A DNA stretch of 64,000 bases from Dimorphilus gyrociliatus. Its lineage: Eukaryota > Animalia > Annelida. A program made the position numbers and the translations under genes. Below the pieces are notes generated by a model, which made no database searches, was not told the DNA's origin, and saw only the letters and a list, made by a program, of their open reading frames with translations. The DNA lies in the NCBI GenBank assembly GCA_904063045.1, contig CAJFCJ010000011.1:579100-643099 (forward strand), given 5' to 3'. Positions within the stretch are counted from its first letter, which is position 1. The number at the start of each line of letters is the position of its first letter. This document shows positions 49,701 through 62,264 of the stretch, piece after piece.

Positions 49701-50342
49701 AAACTAAAATAACAAAATTAAATGAAAGTTGACATAAAAGTTTTACACTTACGTTACGCATAAAATGCCTGACATAATGTTTAAAATCCATATGTACTTG
49801 ATCAAAGACGTCATATCGAATTATCTTGTATCTATATCCTTGATACTGTTAACGATATGTCTTTTCGATGGCATTATGCACAGATTTTCATCATTTCGAC
49901 TGACGTGTTCTTCCAGGAGGCGCTGAAAGATAAATTCTTTCTACGAAACTGGTCCGAAAAACAGTATTAGAGTGGATCACGATTTATTCAAGATATTATA
50001 AACGAGAAAACATGTGGGAAATGGAACCAAATAAAATTAAACTGGTTACCCACTCCTCATCCAAAATATTCATGTTCATATGCGTTTGGCCTCGGATTAT
50101 TTTATTCTCACTTTAAGCAAAATAGTAAATTGTAGTTTTGCTCCTCGTGGTTTCCTTCAATTAAAAATTAACTTTTAAGATTTAGGATATACGAAATAAT
50201 TTACTGTTGAATTGCTAAGACTTATTGATTAGAGTTCACCAAGAAATACAATAGAACTTTTGATTTCTCAAAGCAGAAAATTTGTCTATTTTAAAGAGTT
50301 CGGGAAGACATAATTCGATATTAGGGCGATAATTACGGAAGC

Positions 50343-52062
50343 ATGTCTAACGATATAATTCAATTAAATGATCAAGTCGTTGTACGACGAAACGAACATC
50401 TTAAAATTTTTCGTGTTCGAAAAAATAGGTATGGTCTAAGACTGTTCTCTCAATAGCTTGTCTATTTTATATTTTTTAGGACTATAATCATGGGCAAAAT
50501 TAAGTTTCATTTAGACAACTCTATCGGAAAACCTTACGGATCGTCTTTTGAAGTCAAGAATTCACATTTAGTAGATCACAAGTCTTCAAGCGACTCAAAC
50601 TGTAAGAAAAAGGATTCTATAAATTCTCTCCAATCAAAAATTTTACTTTCCAGCTGTAAACATACCAGTTAAAGACAATAGAAATCTACGAGATTCTAAG
50701 CTGAATCAAAAACTATCTAGAGAAGATATTCACAGTCTAAAAGATGAAGGTTGTACAGGAGAAGTAGGATATCGTTATAAGATTTATATTTTTCGATGAA
50801 AACGTTTTACTTCTTCAGGAAATTATTGAAAAGTTAATCGAACATAGTTCGACATTCAATGAAAAAACCGAATATTCTCAAGAGAAGTATGTCAGCAAGA
50901 AGAAAAAAAAGTGAGATAAGAGTAATTTTGTGAGAACGTTTCTGAATTTTTCTGTTTCTTCAGGCATAATCCAATATTCACTATTCTCAAACCCTGTACA
51001 AGATTAATAGCGGAAATGTATTGGAACACAGGTCCACAGAGATTATGGTAAGGCATAAAAGCTTCCTAAAAATTCCGACATTAAAAAAATATTTCAGCAA
51101 CCTTCGTTTCGACACACTTTCTCAAATTCTGGCCTATGGAAATGTTTGTGCAAATAGAAAATTGCTGGTAGTTGATTCAGGAGTAGGATTAGTGTCGGCT
51201 GCAATTTTAGAAAGGATGCAAGGAAAGGGGAGTGTTATACAACTCCACGATTCTTCATGCCCTGTTAAAGCAGCAACAGAATGTTATAACTTCTCAAAAG
51301 AGATATGGGATAGTCTACATTGCATTTCCTTATCTGAGGTTCGTTACATTATGAAACATTGTGTTCAGCTAATTGTTTGGGTTACAGCTTCCAGAAGTTC
51401 TCAAATTCAAGCCTCAAGATGATCCCGAAGACGAAGAAAAAATTGATAATGAAGATGATACAGCTTTATCATTAGCTCAACCTAATAAACGTAAATTTTC
51501 GGAAAGGGTAATTGATCAACACTTTATATCTTTGTAAATCACTATCTGTATGAATAAAAACATTTTAAAGGTAAAAAAGAAGGAAAAAAAATTTGGTATC
51601 GTTAAAGACATACTGGCAGATTCAAATGCTGACGGGTTAGTGATCAAAGATATTTTTCAAACATTGTAGTCCTCTAATCTTTCAGACTTATTGTGGCATC
51701 TAAGTTTCATCCCACTCCAATTGTTTTGAATCTCATTCAGTTTATCGCTCAAAATAGACCTATTGTAATTTTTTGTCAACATATTGAAGTGAGTTGTTTT
51801 TTGTACTCTAATTTTTCACTCAAAATGCATTTTATCAGCCACTTTTGGATTGTTATAACCAACTGAAAAGCAAAGGTAATGTTCTTATGCTTAAAATCTT
51901 TGACATCTTCTTAAGAGAACATCAGGTTTGTTTACAATTGATGAAAGAATGCGGAAAGAGCTTTCGTAACTTTTTCAGGTTCTTCAAAATCGAACTCATC
52001 CCCATATAAACATGAGCAATACTGGTGGCTATTTATTGACTGGAATAACCGTATCGTCGTAA
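50343..52062 (+). CDS. TRMT6: tRNA (adenine58-N1)-methyltransferase non-catalytic subunit TRM6 (about 9 exons)
   Basis: MSNDIIQLNDQVVVRRNEHLKIFRVRKNR / TIIMGKIKFHLDNSIGKPYGSSFEVKNSH matches human DGDFVVLKREDVFKAVQVQRRKKVTFEKQWFYLDNVIGHSYGTAFEVTSG. EIIEKLIEHSSTFNEKTEYSQEKYVSKKKKK matches EIVQQLIENSTTFRDKTEFAQDKYIKKKKKK. RFDTLSQILAYGNVCANRKLLVVDSGVGLVSAAILERMQGKGSVIQLH matches RYDTLAQMLTLGNIRAGNKMIVMETCAGLVLGAMMERMGGFGSIIQLY. LIVASKFHPTPIVLNLIQFIAQNRPIVIFCQHIEPLLDCYNQLK matches LIVASRFHPTPLLLSLLDFVAPSRPFVVYCQYKEPLLECYTKLR. HPHINMSNTGGYLLTGITV matches HPKLLMSGGGGYLLSGFTV. Confidence 0.85.
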
Positions 52063-52484
52063 TTTTTCTTTAACCCATAAAAACAAAAATAAAATTTATC
52101 TACATTCGTTCATGTTCTTGTCATTCATTTTTCGCTAGTCCATAATACTAAAGTTGATCGAAGATAAGTGTCTAAACCTTTGAATCCCCCAATTACCAAT
52201 TTGATAATTCTCTCTTCACGAAAGTAACAATTTAAAAGTTGTTTATTAGAAAATTTCTGAAATAACGGGTAAACTATACCAGTTTTCAATATCCTTATTA
52301 TCGTTATTACTATAGTTTAAACCGGGGGATTCTACAAAACGATTTCGACTTTTAGATGAAATATACTGATCTTAAATTATTTACCATATGGTTTCTTTTA
52401 GAATCATAATATAGTAACAGCCAAGAAACAATAAGGGTAGTTCAAAATGAATAATTTTGAGTTAAGGCTTTAGTTTACTGATAA

Positions 52485-55400
52485 ATGATGATGAATAATG
52501 ACATCCAGAATTGTTTAGACCTTATCAGCATTTTGGTCTCCCCTTCCACTCAAGCAACATCTGGTTTGGAGAATCACTTTATTGCTAATAAAACTTTAAT
52601 AGAAGATAAGTTAAAAGAAGATCAATATTCTTCACTTCGAAACATCTTGAAACGGAAGAAACTAGAATATTCAATACCGTTGACGTCCTTGGATCTAGAA
52701 ATTGCAAATTGCCTGATTAATCTTCTGTATACTTACAATGAGTTAAAATCCATCGAAAAAGGAAAAAATTCTTCTTTTGAGGAAATTTTATCACCCGAAC
52801 AGAATCTGAACTTTTCGAGAGCATTCAAAATAATCTTCTCTTTTGGTTTAAACCCAGCGCTCGAAAAAGAAATTGTTCTTTGGGATGCTGATCGTTTAAG
52901 ATTAGGACTCTTACCATGGAATTTGAGACATTTAAGCAAACATCAACGATTCGAACAACTTCTATTCTTTACTCATCACTTATTGTCACTAGCCCAATGG
53001 TACAAACCATACATGATTTCCAGATCTTCTCTACCTGTGGATATAATTTCTTCCTTTTTAACACTTGCTTTTTCATCAAACTGTCAACCCAATGATTTGA
53101 AAGAAAGTCGAATGGTGTACTTTGATCAATTGCAAAGTTTGTGCAATGTTGGAGACTTTGGCGGCGAAGCCACTTTTACTGCCATATTCTTAATGAAAGA
53201 TATTCATATAAGTAGACCAGATAATTGGTTTAAACGAAAGATTAATCATTTTCTATTAAACTCTCTCCTTCGCAAGGGTGGTCTTGCTTCTTTCCTTTTA
53301 CTAAATGATACAACTAACTATGATGATGATAAGTCGGAATGGCGAAAAGCTGAAATTTCTGCTAAAATAGTCGTGGAGTGTTCGAAAATGGCATCAACTC
53401 AAGAGAGATTTCTAAAGTTCATTTGTCCTCAAATTATTGATATATTCCTCAATCCACAATATGCAAAAAGTCCAAGAATAATCTTTTACTGCTTGAGTAC
53501 AATAATTCATTCTCTTGTGGCTCACAACAAGCATTTTACAGCCATACTAGATAATTTGTTCTATCCTCTATTTTATTATCTAAATCCACCTACGGTTCAA
53601 GATGAAACTCGTAAACCAAAAGGAACAGATTTGGTCAAGTGTATTGAACTTATGCACAAAATCTTTATCGGCTTTTGTGATCAACCAAATGAGCAGATGT
53701 TGAGATATCTAATTCCTTATATGCCTCTTTTATTCTCAATTTTGAAGGACTGTAAAACAACATACACAGCTACTAGATGTAGAGACATAATAGTCGCTTA
53801 CTTAATGCATCATGAAAAAAGTGAAGAAACTTTTTATAAGATATCTAGTGATCAAATGAAAAATGATATATTGTTACTTCGATTTAGTAATAAAGCAGAT
53901 GGAACAGTGTTTGTATTGGAAAATTGCGAAAAGCTAAGCGACAAACATAGTGTAGTTGTTGAAGCGTTTACGTCTATTTTATCATCTACTCCAAAGCAAT
54001 CGAAAATACTTTCACGCATTTTCTTACTTTTGATAAATAAGCTGGACGAAATTATTAAAGATGAAACTGTTATTGCAAATAACATACCAGTCGAAAAAGG
54101 AAATGTTGAGGAACCTCTAATGGAAATAGAGAAGAAGCTGTTGTATATAGAAGAAAGAAATGATAAAAAAATATTTGTGATGAAAAGCTTAGAACGACTT
54201 TGTCAGATGTCTCCTATTGTTCTTTTAGAAAATGTTTCAAACCTTATTCGATTCATAGCCCTAACTTTGAAAAGAGCAGCCATTTTACTAGAAGATATCA
54301 CTGATAGTGAGGTTATAGAATTTCAAATAATCAATGTAAACATGATTGCGGATATGCTACTATTCCTGTTAGAAACAAATTCAGATGAAGTATTTCAATT
54401 GAAAGCCGAAAATGTAGACGAACTCTCAAGTTTACTCCCTGCTTTATCAAAGTTAGAAATGATATACGGAGATTCTGAAGCTGCTGAAAAACTATTGAAT
54501 TTGCGAATTGCTATTGCAACAAGGGGCAAAGTCATGAATGATAAATCTTCCGATGAATACGAAATTGTCCCTCCAACAAGTTCTAATGTTATAGATGAGG
54601 AATTAAAAGCTATTACGGCACCTTTCTTAAGTAGATTAGAGAGCTTGTCAGCTAATACAGTTCATAATGGAATAATAAGCATACCTGAAGAAATTGAACA
54701 GGAGGAAATCAATGAATCTTTTCATAAAGTCATTAAAGACATAAGTGATCCGCTTATTCCTGTGAAGGGACATGCTTTAATTGTTTTAAAAAAATTGATT
54801 TACAGTCGCGATGAAGAAACAATGAGAGAACAAGATCTTGTTGTACAAACTGTTAGAAAATTGCTTGAAAATGAAGACTCTTATGTTTATAGTGCAGCTA
54901 TCCATTGTTTACAAGCTCTTGCATATCAGAATGGAAATATTATGATACCTATTCTGTTAGATGAATATTCAAACGCCAAGCATCTTGCTATTAAAGTTCG
55001 ATTAAAACTAGGCGAAAGTCTTCAAAAGATAATCTGTGACCTTTTTGAAATGTTACCTAAATATAAAGACAGTATACTGTCGGTATTAATAGATGTTTTG
55101 TCAGAAGAGTCCGACATATTGAAAGTTAGTGGCTTATCGATGTTGGGTGATTGCTGTCGAATCCTAAAATACAACATTGGTATATATTTGTCTAGAATAC
55201 TAACTATTGTAGAAAATCTACTTAACCTGGATAAAAGTATATTAGTCAAGAGGGCATCCGCTATGTTTATAGAATTTTACTTAAGGGGGTTTTCTACAGA
55301 CATGATGGCAGTGAGTATCTGATAATATTAAATTAATATATTGACCATGTTTTCTTAATCTAGGAATATGCATCTGAATTGAAATCGTTGTACAAGGTTA

Positions 55401-55573
55401 TCAAACTCGGATTAAGCAACGAGATTGATGATTTGGTTATACATCATTTGTCTGCTGCCAAAGAAAACTTAGACGAATTAATGAAGTTATTTTTCCAGCC
55501 TGCTCAAAACTTAGAGAAAACGATATTTGTAGCTGACTCTGCACCAGATCCTTTCAAAGACGCCTTTCTTTAA
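52485..55573 (+). CDS. Large HEAT/ARM-repeat protein, probably TANGO6/Rtp1-like. Two exons: 52485-55311 and 55353-55573.
   Basis: A 945-aa ORF starts at a real ATG (MMMNNDIQNCLDLISILVSP...). Its GTGAGT donor is at 55312 and the acceptor is ...aatctag|gaatatgcatct, giving ...EYASELKSLYKVIKLGLSNEIDDLVIHHLSAAKENLDELMKLFFQPAQNL...*. It has an alpha-solenoid character with a C-terminal Rtp1-like HEAT region. The family assignment is from recall only. Confidence 0.5.
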
Positions 55574-55962
55574 ATTTTACATTGTTGTAAACAGATTTCC
55601 TCACGTACTTGTTCAATGGACATTCATATTAACGAATAAAAACATTGATAGAGCTGAAAACCCCTTACAATAAATGATCTTTTGTATCAATAGCCTTTTG
55701 CTCTTATTGATTCTTATTTGTAATAAATTATGTAAAATAACTAATTTAAGTTTAGAATTTAATTCATGAATAGTATTTTCTTTATATTGAGCAACCAAGT
55801 ACTTGTCACTTTAATAGGCAAATTGTCCCACAAAAAAAAATGAATCAGTGATAAATAAAGCTGTAATAGTAATAAAATAATAATCTGCAACAAATATTGA
55901 ATTGATTTGAAATCTGGCAGAGTTCAAGGCAATGAAGCGCCTTGCCTTAAAAAATTTAATGT

Positions 55963-58900
55963 CTATTTTTCTTCACCACTACTTGAGGATGGTGGTGTGC
56001 CATTACTGTCTACAGCCACTCGAGGAGGATGCTTTAGGATGCGCTTTGCACGAACATCATAAACCCTATAACACAGGAAGACAGTATCAGGACTGGCATT
56101 AGCATCCGGCATTTTAACGCAAGTTTCGCCGGGTGGAACAACTGGCATCGAAAGAGGTAGATGAGCTCTCAAACGCTCTTGCTCCTTCTTAAACCTGCAG
56201 AATTGCGCTTTGGTAAGAACATGACATATGTCGTCAATAGTCTGCACATTTGCAATATCAGCATGTCGGGAAGCAAATACTTCAGATTTATGATGGGAAG
56301 GAATATGACTAGCCTCTGTTTGTTCTGGTCTGTAATACCACAGAATGCTCATCATCATCTCTCTAGAGTTTTCATCTTCCCATAGGGCTGCCACTTTGGC
56401 AATGAAGGGTGCAGAAGCTTTACGCCTATTAGCTTTGACAAGAACGCAATCCCGAATTCGCACAATGTCACCGTCTTTATGTTGGATTGCAACATAACAT
56501 TTTCTCTTAACTAACTGCATGGGAGAATTATGCGGCGAATTTGGGCTTGCTCCACAGGACGACGTTCCGTTACTCTGTTACGAAATACAAACACATTATC
56601 ATACAAAATCTACAATCAAACATATACGTACTGATTTCGTTGGCAAGGGGGCATGGTGAGAAGGTATCATTTTCATACTAGGTTCACCAATCCATTGCCA
56701 CTTGCATTGCTTTTTCGATCCATTGTCCTCAGGCGGACGTCTTTTTGGCGTGGAACCATCATTACTTCCCGACTGGCGTTTTCGTTTTGTAGATTTGCCA
56801 CTACCAGATGAACTTTTAGACGATGGCTTGCTGGCTGAAGTTGGAGCGTTCGGTGTTTGTTTAACAGGCGAGGGAGGTTTTGGAGAAATCCTTGGCTGAA
56901 GCTGAATTGGAGTTGCCACGCTATGAGGCGTTGGTAAAATATTACCTACAACCAAGTGCGAATGAGGTTGAACTGCACTACCTAAACGTTGTACCATGTG
57001 GCGCTGAGGCGCTATAGGCCTAAAAGCACATGCTAGATTCGTATTTGTTTTAATATCATGCCTTATAAAGGGCAATGGCTGCGGCCAACATTGTTGTTGC
57101 TGCTGGACGTATAGTCTCTGTCTCAATTGAGGGCAAGGCGAAATTTGATCATAAACAGGAGCTCCATGAACAGGCACATTGAATAACGAAAAAGTCGGTC
57201 TGTTGTCCGAAGCTTGAGCGGCGACTGAAGGTGCAGTGAAACATTGAGAATTTGAAGCGAAGGAAAAAGCGTGTACAGGAGGACGTTGCAGTCTGCTAGA
57301 AGGTCCCAGAGGAGTTGGAACGAACGGCACAATAGGTTGGGGAGGAGCTTGCTGTCTGGGTTGAACGGACGCGGACGGACGAGTAGATACAACCATTACA
57401 GCTGTACAGGAAGTTGTCAAACTTGCTCTGGCCTGATCAGGTGAAGATGACGATTTTGACGATTTTTCACTTTGGGAAACTTTTCCTTTTTTCTTCCCTT
57501 TTGACGAATCTGTAGGAGTCTCTTCGCTATAAGCTGCCTGAAGTATAGCCTAAAAAAACCGACAATACATATTTGAAATATTATTTTTGCGTTATAGATA
57601 TAAAACTACCGTTGCATTCAGTGACGCCATTCGCTTTGCAGTCGGGCCATCTATTACAACATTTTCTGCTGCCTGCTTCCTCTTTCTGACTTTCTTTTCC
57701 TTTTTCGTGACTTCCGTAACTTCTTTTTGACCTTCATCCTCATCTTTCTGTTTCCTAGCCGGACTTTTTTTCTTGGATTTCTCAATAGTTTTATCTTTAG
57801 AATCTTTTCTAGACTTTAAACTCATCTTCTTTTCTGAGTCATTTCCATCTTTTACCGAGGATTCTGTTTTCTGAACACTATTCATAAATTGAAGTTCTTC
57901 GTCCGTATCCTTTTTTTTAGATTTTTTCTTATTAGTTTTTGTCGTATCATCTTTAGGCCTTCCTCTTTTTGCCTTCTGCACCTCTGGTTCTTTTTTTCCT
58001 GTCAGACTAGAGTCAACTGATGAAGCATTTGACTTAGGTCTAATTGGTTCGTATATAGCTGATAATATGGCTCCGGCGTTTAAGCATGCTGTCCTCCTAA
58101 CATGAGGAGATCTAAGGTTCACCTTTGGTTTGCTTTTAGGAGATACTGATTTCTTTTTTTTCGAAGGAGGTTTTTTAGACGACGAATTTACAGGCGGTGT
58201 TTTTGCCGGTGATGTTTTTGCTGGAGATGCTTTTTTCGATATTTTTACTGGCGATGTTTTTGCTGGTGATGTTTTCTTCGGTGATGTTTTTGCTGATGAT
58301 GTTTTTGCTGGTGATGTTTTTAATGGAGGTGTCTTTTCGTTATCTTTCTTTGATTTTGTTTTAGAGTTAGTTTTATTTTTTTGTTTTAAATCAGGAGAGT
58401 TGGTTACTCTTCTTCTAGTTTTCGGTAATGTTGCAGAGGGCTTTAATTTTTCTTTCTTTTTCGGACTGGCTCTTTTTTCTTTCCGTTGAGGTTCGTCATC
58501 CCCTTTCTTTTTTCTTTTTCGTTCTGGCGAATTAGACTTCGACCTGTTCTGAGCCCTTTTCACAGGGGTTGCTCGAGTAATTTTTCGTCGCCCTCCTTTA
58601 TTCCAATCAACTTTGACGCCTTTATGAACGCCAGGGATAATTAAAGATACTTCGTTTTCATTATATGTAGGCTGTTTCTCATATCTTCTGCGCCTGCTTG
58701 TGGTATGCTTCTTAGGACTAGGTGTTGTAGGAGTAGATTTTTGTCTCTGTACACAAATACACGAGAATATAAAATAAATGTGGCTAATGACATTATTCTG
58801 AAGTAATTAAGGCCACACTTTTGTCTCCAGACGCACGACGTTTCGTCGAATGAAAAAATGTATCATATGAGTATTTTTACTGTGGTGTACGGGTAAAATT

Positions 58901-60044
58901 TTTATATTTCTGACTATGAACTAGAAAGCGAACTACAAAAAAAGCTTTCGCACAATATGTGTTTTTGTTTGTTGCTTCGCAATAAATCGTCGTGGCGCAA
59001 ATTTGCGCCTTTCACTTACAACTCGCGACACCTATCGGACAGCTTTTTTTTTACCTAAATGAAAATAGACATTAAAAACAAACAACTCAACACGTAATTC
59101 TGCTCTTTTCCGTAAATAATTCGAGGACAGATTCAAAGTAATGATAGTACAATTTTATGCATTTTATAGTCTTAGATTTACTTGCAACAGTTTTATCAGA
59201 ACTATGCAGTCTGAGGAAATAAAAATGTCAACGTATCGAAGCAAATCAATGGAGTATTCAAACCAATGCCTTTTTGAATCTCGTTGAAGAATATTAGTGG
59301 CTGTAAGCTATAGACCAAAACTAAATATGAATATTAAGATTATGCTATCAAAATGCCTATTGTTTTATTATGAATCTCACTGATAGTTGGATAACGGACA
59401 ATTCCAATTTAGATGAACAACAGTTTTAGCTTGCCTATCTAGACTCTCCTTTAGAAGCATGGTTAAACACCTGCTAAGCGACCTTAGCGTTACCCAGTAC
59501 GATTACGATGAGAATCGGAATGTTTTTTTCCGAAAATGATGCAATCGAAGATCATTAGTCTCTCCTAGACACCTATATCGTTGAGTAGATCAGCACTAAT
59601 TGTAATCCTAAGACAATTAGAGCCAAACGAGTGGTCATCTTAATAAGTTTTAGATAAAAACAGCTTTTGGCGGGACGGCGCACTAGAGACAATTACATCA
59701 ATTAAATTATTCCCTTTTATTTCCCAGGCAGTTGGTCATGAAAAATAGATTATAATTGTCCATATTTTGATTTATAGAAAGCTACGGAAACTTTAAAAAC
59801 CACAATTATTATAGTTTCACAACATTAGCGCGCGGAAACTAGAGCGTTAAGGAAGCATTATCGGCGCGCACAACGATAAACACACATCAAATTTCTGAAA
59901 TCGGTAACGATTCTAAACTATTTACTTAATTAAATCGATACTTGAATGTCTTAAGAATGAAATCCTTTGCAAAATTTACCGTTAATTTGTTCTTCGTTTG
60001 GTTATTTTTCGACTTTACAGTCGACGATGCGCTGCCCGCCGCCA
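55963..60044 (-). CDS. Chromatin protein with a C-terminal BAH domain (BAHD1/BAHCC1/TNRC18-like). About 5 exons, first exon 60044-59977.
   Basis: The C-terminal exon reads ...CYVAIQHKDGDIVRIRDCVLVKANRRKASAPFIAKVAALWEDENSREMMMSILWYYRPEQTE...FKKEQERLR, a BAH fold. Upstream exons are Pro/Ser-rich (56599-57420) and K/S/P-rich with SPxK repeats (57592-58563). Exon 1 is MAAGSASSTVKSKNNQTKNKLT|GTAAAT. Confidence 0.65.
58190..58335 (-). repeat. Coding low-complexity repeat: tandem (K)TSPAKTSP / SPKK-type motifs within the BAH protein
   Basis: The protein reads KTSPAKTSSAKTSPKKTSPAKTSPVKISKKASPAKTSPAKTPP. The antisense frame shows matching GDVFAGDVFAG periodicity. Confidence 0.7.
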
Positions 60045-60090
60045 TGTTGTTGGGATGACGGTCGTTCGCCAAATGCGTTCCGTTCTTTTC

Positions 60091-60106
60091 GCCGATTGGC
60101 GCGCGT
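60091..60106 (-). promoter_or_regulatory. CCAAT box (gccaatcgg on the minus strand) flanked by GCGCGC, about 50 bp upstream of the BAH-gene ATG
   Basis: Plus strand gccgattggcgcgcg. The ATG (minus) is at 60044. Confidence 0.35.
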
Positions 60107-60342
60107 TTTTTAACCAACCTCTGGATTTAAATTTACTTTTAACTTGTACGAGTATTACTTAACATTTTGCAGTGTCTTATACTCAATAATTACTTTTTAT
60201 TAAGTTATTTGTATAAACGGATTTGGAGAACTGCCAGAATCAAAATTCAATTCATTTAGATAAAAACACCATTCATATTGTAAGCATAATAGATAAAAAA
60301 AAATGTTTATACGAGCTTAAATTATTAATAATTTCTACCAAT

Positions 60343-60822
60343 TTACACATTTGTCGCATTTTCCTCTTTTTCGATTTCGGCCATGACCTTGTTAAAATCT
60401 TGAGAACCGTCTGGCAAACTACCCCGCTGTTTTGATGCTTTTGAGATTGGAACTGTAGGTTGTTCCTCATCAATTAAGAAAGAAACACTTTTTCGTCTAG
60501 GAGAAACCGGTGCAGGCAAGACGCAAGAAGTACCTTTTTGGATTGCCTTCGGTTCTGGGGGTCGAGGCAGAGCGCTTCTTTTAATAAATCTCACGGCTGT
60601 CTCCTCAGAATTCCAAGACTTTTCCGGTATAGTTATTTTCGTTCCATAATATAATTGGCTAGATTGTCTTTTTACATTATTTTTGGGTGAATCCATGCTC
60701 GAATTTTTATCCATTATATAGGAGCTGCTAACTCTTCGTTCAATTCTTCTGATATTTGCATAGCTATTACTTACCAAAAAATTTGGAAGAGCAAAAGTTC
60801 CCCTTCTAGGTTTTGTCTCCAT
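60343..60822 (-). CDS. 159-aa Ser/Pro-rich, probably disordered, protein. Single exon; unknown.
   Basis: METKPRRGTFALPNFLVSNSYANIRRIERR...SPRRKSVSFLIDEE...KVMAEIEKEENATNV*. It contains a possible RVxF-like KSVSF motif. Its stop lies about 300 bp upstream of the BAH-gene start, so the BAH promoter would overlap its 3' UTR. Confidence 0.35.
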   Translation of the reverse strand: METKPRRGTFALPNFLVSNSYANIRRIERRVSSSYIMDKNSSMDSPKNNVKRQSSQLYYGTKITIPEKSWNSEETAVRFIKRSALPRPPEPKAIQKGTSCVLPAPVSPRRKSVSFLIDEEQPTVPISKASKQRGSLPDGSQDFNKVMAEIEKEENATNV

Positions 60823-62051
60823 TATTAGAAACAGACAGGTCAATTTTCGATATAAAAAATTTGATTAGACAGAATTGAAATTGGGCAATTCCACTGTAGG
60901 ATATGACATTATACACACTCAAAAATTAGATTTTTCCAATACAGATACATTAAAATATAACACTACGTATTAAATGATCTATTTTAATCAATTATCGCAT
61001 AAAATATAAGAACTCTGGGAGTATATTCGCTTTAAATCCCTTCAACTAACACAGTAAATATGAAAGGCAATTACGGAGAAACTGTCTTGAGCGCCACATT
61101 GCGTAGCTATTTATAGCAATTAAATAAACTTGTCCTTTTTTTTCATCCAGTGCACTTATAATAAATTCTTTTAATAAAATTGTAAGAATATACCCGAGAT
61201 ATAAAAAGAACGAGGGGTCAAACATTCTTCACTGCTATTATTATCAGTACCCTAAATAGGAACGCTCTTAAAGTTTATTCGATCATTGTTGTTTCTACCC
61301 AGTTGCCATCAACAAGTTGACGCTACCGTCACTTAGATACTACCTACCTACCAACAATCACTGTCATCTTTTCGAAAGTATAACAACTAGCTGAATATAT
61401 AATTTACTATTTAAACAAGCCATGGTGTCATAAAGTATAAGAATTTCTCATCCTGTAGTTTTCGATATTTCTTCTCTAATACATCTTCTCTATTTACATT
61501 TGTGGCAAAAAGCACATCATATCTTCCGTCTTTAAAATTCTATTGTAATGTAATAGAAATACAATCAATATAATCCTAACATCAATATAGCCACTAGAAC
61601 TTTAGTGGTAGCGTTCAGGGAAAATAACTTGATTGATTTCAATCAGTTTTCATTTGAAAGAAATATAATGGTTCATAGATTAGCTTTAATAATAGCAATA
61701 GTTGAGGGTATTAATCGCTTGAATAAATTTTTAGAGTGAATATATAAGTGTTATATTTTGAATAGCAGTTGTAACGCCTTTTATTCCACGGCGTGTGTCT
61801 GCCAAACAAGAAGGTAAGCGCTATTTGGCTATAACAATCGAATCAACTATGTGATTGTTTCGTTAAAAATAAGCATTAATGAATAGCATCGAGGGCCGTG
61901 ATATTTTGTTCATTGTGCAGAACCCAACTCTATTTTTGTTCTTTGTATTTCTTTAATACCAATATTAATGATTATACAAGATATGCTATAAAAAATAAAT
62001 AAATCTTAAATGCAGATGAAAGTATGAAAACACACGATATAAGAGACACGT

Positions 62052-62122
62052 AGTATATATACTGTATATACTGTATATAAAATTTATACTGTATATATAC
62101 TGTATATATGCATATTATATGC
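62052..62122. repeat. Imperfect tandem repeat of tatactgta / tatatactgtatata units (about 5 copies)
   Basis: tatatactgtatatactgtatataaaatttatactgtatatatactgtatatatgcatattatatgc. Confidence 0.8.
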
Positions 62123-62264
62123 AGTTGCTTAAATATTCTAAATCCGTCGAATAATAGTCACTGTCGATCATTTTATTTGAACCTAAGTAAGCCGTGACCA
62201 GCAACGGCCTTCATTAATTTTTTAATACTTATCAGAATCAATATTGCAAGAATTTCACTCCTCT

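Noticed and set aside
58130-58489. 119-aa plus-strand ORF (GDVFAGDVFAG repeats)
   Set aside because: It is antisense to the lysine-rich SPAK repeat exon of the BAH gene and mirrors the coding repeat.
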